DNA from: Candidatus Heimdallarchaeota archaeon
Lineage (GTDB): Archaea > Asgardarchaeota > Heimdallarchaeia > JABLTI01
Length of the DNA: 27,199 nt
NCBI GenBank assembly: GCA_030614005.1
Contig: JAUWKS010000043.1
Coordinates: forward strand, 1 to 27,199
Direction of reading: 5' to 3'
Both the position numbers and the translations under genes were made by a program. Position 1 is the first letter of the stretch. Each line of letters starts with the position of its first letter. Positions 9,340-18,756 of the stretch are shown here, piece by piece. The notes below the pieces were generated by a model that worked only from the letters and a program-made list of their open reading frames with translations, made no database searches and was not told where the DNA came from.

Positions 9340-9675
9340 TTAATCTAATTTTTGCAGCTTCAAAATATCTGGCATTGAAGCTTTAATTTTGATCTTACCT
9401 TTATTGTATAACTTCAAACCTTTTACTTCACCATGCATCAAGTCTAACCAATCGCTAGTCGCAATTTTATAACTAATTTCTGGTTTTTCTACTTGACCCT
9501 TTACCGGTTCCTCTGGTTGACCATTAACTAGTTTAATGTACCAATATTCTTCTGTATCTGTAAAAAAATACTGCATGGTTTTATTCCAATTCTTGAAATG
9601 TCTAGAAAGTTTATCGCTCGTCATTTTCTCTCGAACTTTATTCATTTCAGCTATTATCTCTTCATCTGTAACCAT
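9340..9675 (-). CDS. SCP2 sterol/lipid-binding domain protein
   Basis: 'MQYFFTDTEEYWYIKLVNG...GQVEKPEISYKIATSDWLDLMHGEVKGLKLYNKGKIKIKASM' is the SCP2 pattern. A GGAGGT RBS lies upstream. Confidence 0.85.
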   Translation of the reverse strand: MVTDEEIIAEMNKVREKMTSDKLSRHFKNWNKTMQYFFTDTEEYWYIKLVNGQPEEPVKGQVEKPEISYKIATSDWLDLMHGEVKGLKLYNKGKIKIKASMPDILKLQKLD

Positions 9676-9712
9676 TTAATTTACCTCCGAAAAAATGAGA
9701 TGATTGGATATG

Positions 9713-9973
9713 TTATCCAAACTCAAATCTTACGCCAGTTCCTCCTTTAGGTTCACCAAAGATAACTGCATCAAAGTCGCAAATATTCCAACAAGCACCA
9801 CATTCAGCACAATCCTTCAAGTTCTTTGGTCGATAGATTTCTCCATCTTTTACCCAAACATTTCTTGTACAGAATTTAGCACAATCACCGCATCCAGTGC
9901 ATTTTTCTTCATCTACTTTGATGAATTCACCCGTATCGCCAGGATAATAGTCTACTTTCATATCAACTTTCAT
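9713..9973 (-). CDS. 2x[4Fe-4S] ferredoxin (FixX-like)
   Basis: Motifs CTGCGDCAKFC and CAECGACWNIC. ATGA start/stop overlap with the upstream oxidoreductase. Confidence 0.92.
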   Translation of the reverse strand: MKVDMKVDYYPGDTGEFIKVDEEKCTGCGDCAKFCTRNVWVKDGEIYRPKNLKDCAECGACWNICDFDAVIFGEPKGGTGVRFEFG

Positions 9974-11274
9974 TTTTCAGCCCTCATCTTTTTGTATATT
10001 TCAACTGATTCAGAACCTACTTGTCTGTAGGGTTGAATAAGATCATAGAAGTCTTTTGCATCTTGCACTAGACCCATATCGTCTTCTTCTGCTCCTTTCA
10101 TCCAGCTTGTATGAATTGCATTACTGATGAATCCTCCACCAATGACGACATTTTGCATCATTGCTGCAATTTCTTGATCTGGCATTGACATGATTGATTT
10201 TTTATTCAAATCAGCAATATAACGGAAACTTTGCATGAAGACATTTTCATTAATTCTACTCATAAAGTGCTCTTCTAAGAATTCCGCAGAGAAATCATTT
10301 GCTTCTATTGCTTTTGCTGCTGCTTCTGCAGCATAAATACCAGTAAATAATGCTTCAGGCATACCTTCGCCCAAAAATGGGATAACGAACCCTCCAGCTT
10401 CACCCGTCAAGATCAATCTGTCCTTTGTTCGTTTTTCGACTTCTTCATCGAATTCGAGATGTAATCCCCATGCTTCTACTTTCCCACCTTCCAGTTTTTC
10501 TTTTATTATTGGAAGATCGATGAGATTTTGCATATAATCATTTACTGATTTGATATCTCCTTTGAATAAATCGTCGTCCATATATCCACCTGTACCAATA
10601 GTTACAACATCTTTCTTTGGAAAGATCCACGGCCATGTCTTATGTTGTGTGTTTGGTCCTAAGAAATAATAGATTGAATTACCAAATCGTTCATTGACAA
10701 CTTCCTCTCCCAACCAGACATTCAAGATGGTATAGAGAATCATTTTGTCACCTTTTCTCTTTGGAATCAGTCCTGCTTTTCGACCTATAATTGAATTTAC
10801 TCCTGCAGCATCAATAATCACTTTTCCAAAGTATTTTTCACCAGAATCAGTAACTACTCCTGTAATAGTTCCATTCTCTTCAATGATGTCCATTACTGTT
10901 GTTGATAGCTTAACTTCTGCTCCTGCTTTCTTAGCTTCTTCAGTATGCCAAGCATCATATTCGTCTCTTCTTACTGAAAGTAAAATTAATCCTTCACTTG
11001 GAGTTTCACGCATCATTGTTGTTCTTTCAGGTGTAATCATATAGGTGTGCATTTCCGTTATTTCACGTTCAATTGGTCCTTTCATTAAATATTGTAAATC
11101 AGGATCAACTAATGCTGCCATATTCAAACAGGTGCCAGAAACGTTTTTCTCACCAGGTTTCTGAGATTTTTCTAAAAGAAGAACTTTCAGGCCTAGCTCT
11201 GCAGCTTTCTTTGCTGCTGCCGGCCCCGCACATCCAGCGCCAACTACTATAATATCATATTCAGAGTTTCCCAT
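9970..11274 (-). CDS. FAD-dependent oxidoreductase, FixC / geranylgeranyl reductase family
   Basis: Rossmann motif 'YDIIVVGAGCAGPAAA', 'LLEKSQKPGEKNVSG', 'IIDAAG', 'WIFPK' and 'TGEAGGFVIPFLGEGM'. The start was moved to ATG 11274 (MGNSEYD) because the 31 residues upstream in the ORF track look like non-conserved low-complexity sequence. Confidence 0.85.
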   Translation of the reverse strand: MGNSEYDIIVVGAGCAGPAAAKKAAELGLKVLLLEKSQKPGEKNVSGTCLNMAALVDPDLQYLMKGPIEREITEMHTYMITPERTTMMRETPSEGLILLSVRRDEYDAWHTEEAKKAGAEVKLSTTVMDIIEENGTITGVVTDSGEKYFGKVIIDAAGVNSIIGRKAGLIPKRKGDKMILYTILNVWLGEEVVNERFGNSIYYFLGPNTQHKTWPWIFPKKDVVTIGTGGYMDDDLFKGDIKSVNDYMQNLIDLPIIKEKLEGGKVEAWGLHLEFDEEVEKRTKDRLILTGEAGGFVIPFLGEGMPEALFTGIYAAEAAAKAIEANDFSAEFLEEHFMSRINENVFMQSFRYIADLNKKSIMSMPDQEIAAMMQNVVIGGGFISNAIHTSWMKGAEEDDMGLVQDAKDFYDLIQPYRQVGSESVEIYKKMRAEK

Positions 11275-11737
11275 AGATAGATCATCTTTTTTATTGTTGG
11301 TAATATTCTGAGAAGGTTGAGTTTTTCTTTTCTCATTCCTTCGTATTGTCGGAAATTTTGTTCTCACTAAAGCTTACTAGTTTTTATTCTTTTCCCATAT
11401 TTGTAAAGAAGTATACTTGATATCTTTCTTGTTAGTTAATACTAACAGAAATGAATAAAAAACATAATTCGTCTTCGTGGCTAAGTAAAAAGCATTTGTG
11501 GTGCAATTTGTGTATGGATTTATTTTGCAAACATTTCTTTCTTGGATTTTAAAGAAAAAGAAAACATTCCCAAAATCAGCTATTACTATTGATTTTATCT
11601 CTTTTTTTTTATATTACCAATTTATTTATGCTTAAATTCTCTAAAGATTACTTGTTTTTGAAAATTGAATAATTGGTAATATTTAATTACTCCCTAGTTA
11701 ATATGAAGATACAATTGAAAAAAAGAGGTTATTAAAA

Positions 11738-12574
11738 ACGACAATTTTTTGTCCAAGTTGCGGTACTGCTAACCGCGATGATATAGCAGTTTGCTCTGAA
11801 TGTGGTAGTGTAATTCCTAAATTAGCTGATGATGAGAGTTCTTCTAATAGCCAGTTATCTCCTTCTCCTGCTGATTTCGGCATAATTGAAGATTCTCCGC
11901 GTTCGACAGCTCCCGCTGGTTATCCTCCTCCTCCCCCTCCTGGTTATGCACACCATTCTTCTAGTGGTTCTCCTGCTAATACTAATCGAGGTTTTGTTCA
12001 CGCTGGTTCTAAAATTGTCTGTGATCGTTGTGGTACAGTTTTACGTTCTGATGATAAACAGTGTCCTGGATGTGGAAACCCTATTCAATCTACACCATAT
12101 CGTCCTGCAGAACCTTATTCAACTCCTCCTCCACCACAAAAGTCTCCATATCAACCTCAAGCTCCTTATCCCCCTCCACAACAACAAAGAACGCCTCCTC
12201 CTCAACAGAAAGATGGAAAGAAAGCGAAGTTTGCTAAGTGTGCAAAATGTGGTACTATTGTATATGATTATGAAACTAGGTGCAATAACTGTGATCGAAT
12301 ATTATCTCCTCCCAAACCTGCTGGTAAATCAAAACAAGTTGCAACTGCTACTGGAAAAGCTCCTCCTGGAACTGCACGATGCGAACGTTGTAATGCTATA
12401 GTTTACCCCCATCAATCGGTATGTCCAAATTGCAGTAAACCTCTTGCTGCTGCACCCCCTCAACAACCAAGTGGTTCAGGACAAAGAGTTTCTCGGTGTA
12501 GACGCTGTGGAAATACTGTTTATCCTACAGATACCGTTTGTCCTAATTGCGGGAGAGACTTGGACACTATATAA
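11738..12574 (+). CDS. Proline-rich protein with five CxxC-x10-CxxC zinc ribbons (not in ORF track; probable ACG start)
   Basis: Manual translation gives a 278-codon open frame: (M)TIFCPSCGTANRDDIAVCSECG...CDRC..CPGC...CAKC..CNNC...CERC..CPNC...CRRC..CPNCGRDLDTI*. GAGGT at 11725-11729 lies 8 nt before ACG. There is an in-frame stop at 11699-11701 and no ATG/GTG/TTG until the last five codons. Confidence 0.85.
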   Translation, partial: TTIFCPSCGTANRDDIAVCSECGSVIPKLADDESSSNSQLSPSPADFGIIEDSPRSTAPAGYPPPPPPGYAHHSSSGSPANTNRGFVHAGSKIVCDRCGTVLRSDDKQCPGCGNPIQSTPYRPAEPYSTPPPPQKSPYQPQAPYPPPQQQRTPPPQQKDGKKAKFAKCAKCGTIVYDYETRCNNCDRILSPPKPAGKSKQVATATGKAPPGTARCERCNAIVYPHQSVCPNCSKPLAAAPPQQPSGSGQRVSRCRRCGNTVYPTDTVCPNCGRDLDTI

Positions 12575-12582
12575 TTTTACCA

Positions 12583-12711
12583 TTTTTTTCTTTTGCTCCA
12601 TTTGAATTCTTTCAAAAATGATTTCTTGTATTTGTACAGAAAACCACTTTCTTCTTCATTCTCAAAATGAAATAAAAGGAATAAAATAATGAATAAAAAA
12701 AAGGGAAAAAA
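12583..12711. terminator. Convergent oligo(T) terminators
   Basis: T-run at 12583-12594 on the plus strand after the zinc-ribbon gene. A-runs at 12695-12711 give T-runs on the minus strand just after the permease stop. Confidence 0.45.
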
Positions 12712-12713
12712 GC

Positions 12714-15557
12714 CTAAATGGCTTTTAATGCTCCGCCAATCTTTTTGCGGGAATTCAATATTATTGGAATAATCGTGCTAACCAATCCGCAACCAAATAT
12801 TACCAATGTCGTCCAAGCGATATTTGCTAATGGAAAGATGTTTTCATGTGGTGGAAAAACCGATCCAATTCTCAACACTTTCATTATCATTACCGAAGTG
12901 CCAAAACCTAGACTCACACCCACAATCATAGTAAAAATCAGTATAACCAATGCTTCTGAAAAGAAGAATGTGAATAATTGTCTGAAGCTAATACCCATTG
13001 ATTTCATGACAGCTAATTCTTTTTCTCGCTCTATTGCTTGTACTGTCATCATTATCATTAAAGTAGCTGCTGAGATTAACATTGAAATTATGAAACTTGT
13101 ATTTAATGAACCATAGAGAACAGTTGCTTTCAATGTTCCCGCTGAGATTAGTAGCATATCTTCAACATTAGCAGTCTCGTGTCTTGTAGTTGTTTTGATA
13201 GTTTGCGCTACCTCACTAATACTATACCCTTCTTTTACTTTTACTAGTAATTTTCCTTGGACATCGCTTTGATGTCTGGCAATATGGAAAGGTAATGAGA
13301 TATTTGCAAGCAGTCCAATATGGATTTCCTTTGAAATTGTTGATGGTTGAACAGTATACAGAGTAGGCCAGTACTCATAAAAGTCCACAAAATTAACAGG
13401 ATAGTTTATCATAACAACATCTGCCCCAATGTCAGCTAAATTCTCCATAATAAAAGTTGAATTCTCTCCTAAATTGAGCAAGTCCATTTGATCTTTTTGT
13501 CCTATTACATCAGTATAATTGCTTATCGACTGGAGTACATTTTCAATTTGTCGATTATTTGTATATTCATCTTCTTGGTAGGCTACTTTTGAGAAATTAT
13601 CTAACTCTATTCCGAGGATTTTTATTGTATACACCAAATCACTTTCAGAATTTGAAAGTTCCAATATTCCAACATAAGTTGATGCTTCCACTCCCTCAAT
13701 TGCTTCTACTGTTTGTTTATAATTTGGATTTAGGATATCCACCTTATCTACAACAATATCTGCACCTAAGGTATAGTATGCACTCTCTAAATCATAAGCT
13801 CTATATGAATCTGGTATAATGATCGTTGCTACCGTTAGTGTGAATGTTATTGTCATCAATATTATTGTTCTGTTTGTTGACCCTTTCCTTCTGAGGGCAT
13901 TTCTTGCTGAAACAGCGCTGATTTCCATCTTCGGAATTTTGAAGAGCAGATCCGAAAAGAGCTTTATTATTGTTGGATAAAGTCGCGTAGCAAACATTAC
14001 TGTTCCAGTTACAATTAGTATTGGCGCTGGTGCTGCAAAGAAAAACGCAAACTCAATTGCCGTAGCAGATGATCCAATAATATTGGATGAAGCAATTATC
14101 CATAGGGCGGTACCAATGATTAAAATAAAGACATCTATATAAAATCGTTCCCAGAAAGGACTTTTTTCTATTCGCTCTTGAGTAGCTTCGTCAATAGTTG
14201 TTTTCGTTCTTTTCCAAAGAGAGAATATGTTTGATAGAATTGCAATACCAAAACCAACTCCTAAACAAATGACTACTATCCAAATGTTTGGTACTGACAT
14301 TGCTGCTGCTCCTCCAAATGAGAAGAATCCATCACTTTTTTGTGCAACCATAGTATATGGCCAACCAATTAGAAAACCAATCAACACTGCTAAGAGAGCA
14401 TAGATAATAAGCTCAAAAACCATAAATGAAAAGAGTTTGTCTCTTGATGAACCACGTTGATGCATGATGTTAATATGTAAATCTCTCTGTTTTTTGACCT
14501 GATTTGTAGCAAATGCTGTTAAAGCAAGTGATATTCCTAAAGTTGGAAGCATGAATATAAGAATAAAAATCTGAAAAATACGATATTCTTGTTTAAAGGT
14601 AGAGAGAAGGGGAATGATTCTAGAATTAATCTCTAATTCATAACTGTTAGAAAATACACTAATGATTTCTATTAGAGATTCTTGAAGATTATTAACAACA
14701 ATTTGCAAATCGCTAATTATGTCATCTAACTTAAATACATTGAATGCTGGTAGATTGAAAAGAATTCTCCCTGAAACAGATATATCATTTCTCGACAGTA
14801 CAATATTATGAACAATTGAGACACAAGTGAGTGTATCTGTAATTATAAGTTCCGAACCTAATGAAAGAGCCATTGAGATTAATGCTTGTAGCTCTGGTGG
14901 AAGTTCAATGCTCCCAAAAACAATTTCATCTAAATTAATAATTCCAGCAAAGTCGATATATGCACCAGCTTGCCCTATACCCATATTGAAGGAAATATAA
15001 GGATTACCCGATTCTTCCACAGGAACATACATTTCAAAAGTATCATTTACATTTAGATTTGTCTCTTCTATAGTTTGGGTATTTGTTATTATTACTGCTT
15101 CTCCATATTTAGGTGCACTTCCTTCAGTAATTAATGGAGCAAGTGACTCAAGGTAAAGAGAATTTATTCCCACAAGAAATGTATCATGAAACTCATTTTC
15201 ATGATATACATCATTATATAACATTAGAAAGAAGTCTTTGTAAGTAAACCATTCTTGATCATATAATTCTTCATCAAAATCCACATCTTCCATCTGTGTG
15301 TCTACTGCTGACTCGATGATAGTAATGAGACTTGTGCCATAGGTACCAACATGGTCCATGTTTACTGCAATATACGATTCCGTTGTACTGCTGGAAAATT
15401 CGTTGAATGCATTCTCCCTAAAGCTATTTAAAAATAAGATATTCTGGGTTATCATAGCTATACTGATACTCAATCCTATAACAGTAATTATTGCTAATCT
15501 CTTACTGAACCCTATAAACTTCATATTTAATTTAAAATGTTCCAAGAATGTTCCCAT
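12714..15557 (-). CDS. FtsX/MacB-family ABC transporter permease (two FtsX domains)
   Basis: FtsX motifs 'QRDLHINIMHQRGSSRDKLFSFMVFE' and 'EREKELAVMKSMGISFRQLFTFFFSEA', plus two large extracytoplasmic domains. No adjacent ATPase gene. Confidence 0.88.
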   Translation of the reverse strand: MGTFLEHFKLNMKFIGFSKRLAIITVIGLSISIAMITQNILFLNSFRENAFNEFSSSTTESYIAVNMDHVGTYGTSLITIIESAVDTQMEDVDFDEELYDQEWFTYKDFFLMLYNDVYHENEFHDTFLVGINSLYLESLAPLITEGSAPKYGEAVIITNTQTIEETNLNVNDTFEMYVPVEESGNPYISFNMGIGQAGAYIDFAGIINLDEIVFGSIELPPELQALISMALSLGSELIITDTLTCVSIVHNIVLSRNDISVSGRILFNLPAFNVFKLDDIISDLQIVVNNLQESLIEIISVFSNSYELEINSRIIPLLSTFKQEYRIFQIFILIFMLPTLGISLALTAFATNQVKKQRDLHINIMHQRGSSRDKLFSFMVFELIIYALLAVLIGFLIGWPYTMVAQKSDGFFSFGGAAAMSVPNIWIVVICLGVGFGIAILSNIFSLWKRTKTTIDEATQERIEKSPFWERFYIDVFILIIGTALWIIASSNIIGSSATAIEFAFFFAAPAPILIVTGTVMFATRLYPTIIKLFSDLLFKIPKMEISAVSARNALRRKGSTNRTIILMTITFTLTVATIIIPDSYRAYDLESAYYTLGADIVVDKVDILNPNYKQTVEAIEGVEASTYVGILELSNSESDLVYTIKILGIELDNFSKVAYQEDEYTNNRQIENVLQSISNYTDVIGQKDQMDLLNLGENSTFIMENLADIGADVVMINYPVNFVDFYEYWPTLYTVQPSTISKEIHIGLLANISLPFHIARHQSDVQGKLLVKVKEGYSISEVAQTIKTTTRHETANVEDMLLISAGTLKATVLYGSLNTSFIISMLISAATLMIMMTVQAIEREKELAVMKSMGISFRQLFTFFFSEALVILIFTMIVGVSLGFGTSVMIMKVLRIGSVFPPHENIFPLANIAWTTLVIFGCGLVSTIIPIILNSRKKIGGALKAI

Positions 15558-15735
15558 TAGCGTCAGCTCAAAGTGATATTACACTCAATATACGATTAAA
15601 TAGTAAAATCCTATTTAAAGTATTATTACTAATCTAAGAAAGCAATTTTCTCTACATAACATACAAAAAGATGAAAAAAATAAAAGAAAGAGAAAATTGG
15701 TCGGATACAATCCACCAATCTTTGTTTTTGAAAAG

Positions 15736-16152
15736 CTATTTTTTCTTTAAGTGGTTAGGATAATTCTTAGGCCTGAATTTGAAACCATAGGTAATAACAC
15801 CTTCATCTCCTTCAGATGAAATCTTTCTAAAAGAGAATTCTACAGGCATTCCAATTTCAACATCACCTTCTTCCACCGCAACTAGTTGTGTTGTTAGTTT
15901 TGGACCTTCGTCTAATTCAACAATAGCTAAACAATAAGGTATTCTATTATTGAATCCTTTAGGTGGTGTGTAAACCCATGAATAGGTTGCAACTTTTCCA
16001 GTTCCAGAAAAGTTGTGATTTTCTAATCCACTGGTATTACAATCAAGGCATCTTGTGCGACCAGGGAAATAATATTTCCCACATTTTTGGCACTTTGATC
16101 CTTCAAGACTGTAAAGCGCTCTTCTGTTTCTCCAAGTACGTGGTACGGACAT
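15736..16152 (-). CDS. DUF35 family Zn-ribbon/OB-fold protein (thiolase-HMGS scaffold)
   Basis: 'LEGSKCQKCGKYYFPGRTRCLDC...GTGKVATYS...PYCLAIVELDEGPKLTTQL...IGMPVE'. It is the third gene of the HMGS-thiolase operon. Confidence 0.92.
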   Translation of the reverse strand: MSVPRTWRNRRALYSLEGSKCQKCGKYYFPGRTRCLDCNTSGLENHNFSGTGKVATYSWVYTPPKGFNNRIPYCLAIVELDEGPKLTTQLVAVEEGDVEIGMPVEFSFRKISSEGDEGVITYGFKFRPKNYPNHLKKK

Positions 16153-16155
16153 TTT

Positions 16156-17319
16156 TTAAGCACCTCTTGAAAAGACGTTAATGACACATGAAGCTCCGGA
16201 ACCACCGATATTTTGTGTCACACCAATGTCATTCTTTGACACCTGTCTTTTACCTGCTTCATTTCGCAATTGATGGAATATCTCAATAACTTGATAGATA
16301 CCTGTTGCACCTACTGGATGACCCTTTGATTTAAGCCCGCCGCTAGGATTAACAGAAATAGTACTATTTAGAGCTGTTTCTCCATCAAGAGAGAATTTTC
16401 CACCCTTCCCAACTTTACAAAAGCCAAGATCTTCAAGAGTAATTACTTCTGCTACAGTGAAGCAATCATGGACTTCTATAAAGTCAATATCTTTTGGTGT
16501 AATCTTAGCCATTTTGAAAGCTGTTTCCGCGGCTCTTTTAGTTGCTTGCATAGACGTTAAGCTCTCTCGCATATGGAGGGCTATGTGATCTGTTCCAGCA
16601 CCAGATCCCTTGATATAAATAGGATCATCAGTGTATTTTTTAGCACCATCCTTTGCTGTAAGAATGACTGCTGCAGCTCCATCACTTACTGGTGAACAAT
16701 CAAATAATCTGACTGGTTCGGCAATCATTCTCGAATTCATTACTGTCTCCATTGTGACTACTTTTCTAAATTGTGCGTCAGGATTAAGTGAACCATTTTT
16801 ATGATTTTTAACTGATACACTAGCAAATTCTTCCAAAGTGCTGCCGTATTTATGCATGTGTGCACGCATTATTAGTGCATATAGTGCTGGAAAAGTAGCT
16901 CCTACGCCAAGTTCCCATTCGCCATCTGCTGCAGTTCCTAATGCAGTAGTGACATCCCCAATATCGATGAGATCAGTCATTTTCTCAACACCAACAACTA
17001 ATGCCGTATCATAAAAACCTGCATTAATTGCCATCATTGCAACTCGTAAAGCTGATCCCCCACTTGCACAGGCATTTTCCACTCGTACTGCAGGTGCATT
17101 AATACCTGAGTGTGGTCCTACTAGAGCGGCTAAATGTTCTTGTTGGTTAAATATTCCTGAGGACATAGACCCTACAAAAGTGCCTCCGATTTCTTTAGGA
17201 TCAATATTCGCTGATTGAATAGCTTTTGATATAGCTTCATCAGTTAATTCACGGAGACTAATATCATACCATTCTCCAATTTTGGTGTTTCCTACACCTA
17301 CAACTGCTATCTCTTTCAT
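16156..17319 (-). CDS. Acetyl-CoA acetyltransferase (thiolase, archaeal type)
   Basis: 'VENACASGG' (catalytic Cys), 'CSPVSDGAAAV', 'EVHDCF' and 'NPSGGLKSKGHPVGATG'. The true start is probably ATG 17319 (MKEIAVVGVG), downstream of AGGAGG, rather than 17451, which would overlap HMGS by over 100 nt. Confidence 0.93.
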   Translation of the reverse strand: MKEIAVVGVGNTKIGEWYDISLRELTDEAISKAIQSANIDPKEIGGTFVGSMSSGIFNQQEHLAALVGPHSGINAPAVRVENACASGGSALRVAMMAINAGFYDTALVVGVEKMTDLIDIGDVTTALGTAADGEWELGVGATFPALYALIMRAHMHKYGSTLEEFASVSVKNHKNGSLNPDAQFRKVVTMETVMNSRMIAEPVRLFDCSPVSDGAAAVILTAKDGAKKYTDDPIYIKGSGAGTDHIALHMRESLTSMQATKRAAETAFKMAKITPKDIDFIEVHDCFTVAEVITLEDLGFCKVGKGGKFSLDGETALNSTISVNPSGGLKSKGHPVGATGIYQVIEIFHQLRNEAGKRQVSKNDIGVTQNIGGSGASCVINVFSRGA

Positions 17320-17335
17320 ATGCTTTCTCTTCCTC

Positions 17336-18391
17336 CTAGTGTATCTTAATTTTACCTCTATGTTTCGTGTAGAAAGCATAGTCCAAATATTGTTTATGAT
17401 CGAGATAATTTTGCACAGTAGGAACAAGACCTCTGTGTTTCTCGATTTCATCAGTTATTGTGAAGATAAATGCATCACTGCCAGAACCTGATCCATAGGA
17501 AACCATTAGTATTCTATCATCGGGTTTGATGATATCAAGAACTGCAGCTAAACCAATCATTGAAGATGCGGAATAAGTATTTCCAATATACTTAACTGTA
17601 AGACTTGGTTCAACTTTTTCCTTTGGGAAACCCAACATTTTAGCTGTAGCTAAGGGAAATTTTGAGTTTGGTTCGTGAAAAACCACATAATCAAAATCAT
17701 CTGGTGATGTGTTGGTGTGTTTCATTATGCTCTTTGCAGCAGAAATTACATGTCTGAAATAGGCTGGTTCCCCAGTAAATCTTCCACCATGAGAGGGATA
17801 CGTTGCTCCTTCTCTTCTCCAGAAATCTGGTGTATCAGTAGTATAACTTTCTGTGTGATCAATAGTCGCAATAACATTTTCATTGCCAATAAGTAATGCA
17901 CATGCGCCTGCACTTGCGGTATATTCAAGTGCATCGCTTGGTCTGCCCTGGGAACAATCTGCTCCAATGGCCAATCCAACTTTAATTTGGTTACTTTTCA
18001 CCATACCAAGACACATTTGAATTCCAGCTGTACCAGCTTTGCAAGCAAACTCAAGATCAGCTGCAGTAGTAACTGGTGTAATCCTATTTGCTTCTGCAAC
18101 AATAGTCGCAGTTGGTTTAACAGCATAAGGATGACTTTCAGATCCAACATACACAGCTTCAATATCGTCTGGGTTCGTGTTAGCCATTTTTATAGCATTA
18201 CGTGAGGCTTCAACAGAAATTGTTATTGTGTCTTCATCCATATCAGGAATGCTTTTTTCGAGAACACCTAGACCTTTTTTCACTGCTTCTCCTGGTTGCC
18301 CCCAAATTCGAGCAATTTCTTCCACTTTTATTCTAAAGCGCGGAATATAGACACCGTATCCTATAATTCCCGTTTTGTCTTTTTTAGTCAA
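17336..18391 (-). CDS. Hydroxymethylglutaryl-CoA synthase (archaeal type)
   Basis: 'VGSESHPYAVKP', 'DLEFACKAGT' (catalytic Cys), 'LEYTASAG', 'DFWRR', 'RFTGEPAYF' and 'IGNTYSAS'. Likely start is TTG 18391, 8 nt after GAGGT. Confidence 0.95.
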   Translation of the reverse strand: MTKKDKTGIIGYGVYIPRFRIKVEEIARIWGQPGEAVKKGLGVLEKSIPDMDEDTITISVEASRNAIKMANTNPDDIEAVYVGSESHPYAVKPTATIVAEANRITPVTTAADLEFACKAGTAGIQMCLGMVKSNQIKVGLAIGADCSQGRPSDALEYTASAGACALLIGNENVIATIDHTESYTTDTPDFWRREGATYPSHGGRFTGEPAYFRHVISAAKSIMKHTNTSPDDFDYVVFHEPNSKFPLATAKMLGFPKEKVEPSLTVKYIGNTYSASSMIGLAAVLDIIKPDDRILMVSYGSGSGSDAFIFTITDEIEKHRGLVPTVQNYLDHKQYLDYAFYTKHRGKIKIH

Positions 18392-18756
18392 TAGTTGTGA
18401 CCTCATATTCAATTGCGATTCAAAAAACAGTTACAATTGTATAACTGCTATCTGAATCTTTTCAGCTCTACAGAGAATAAATCTAAACGCCACTTTCTTA
18501 ATTCAATGTTCTATATTAGTTTTACCTCGTTGTTTGATATTGCTTTTAGGTTCTTTAACAAAATAATCATTAAAAGTTAGCTGGGAAAATGCGTAATACA
18601 AAGTGTTTTTTAATTCAATTGGAAGTAATCTCTTTAGATATATTATAGTAATGAAAAATTAGCCCAAGTATGACTTCTTTCATTCATTGTTAGAAGTTCA
18701 TCTGTCATTTGATAAATAGGTCAATTTTTCATTAAAAGTTAAATTGAGGCTCTCTT

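Noticed and set aside
9704-10030. 108-aa plus-strand ORF
   Set aside because: It is antisense to the clearly conserved ferredoxin/oxidoreductase genes and has no motifs.
11886-12401. 171-aa Leu-rich ORF in the supplied track
   Set aside because: It is a shifted reading of the Pro-rich zinc-ribbon gene (11738-12574). The Leu richness comes from CCT/CCA runs read out of frame.
17320-17451. N-terminal extension of thiolase in the ORF track
   Set aside because: It overlaps the HMGS C-terminus and lacks thiolase similarity. ATG 17319 has an upstream AGGAGG.
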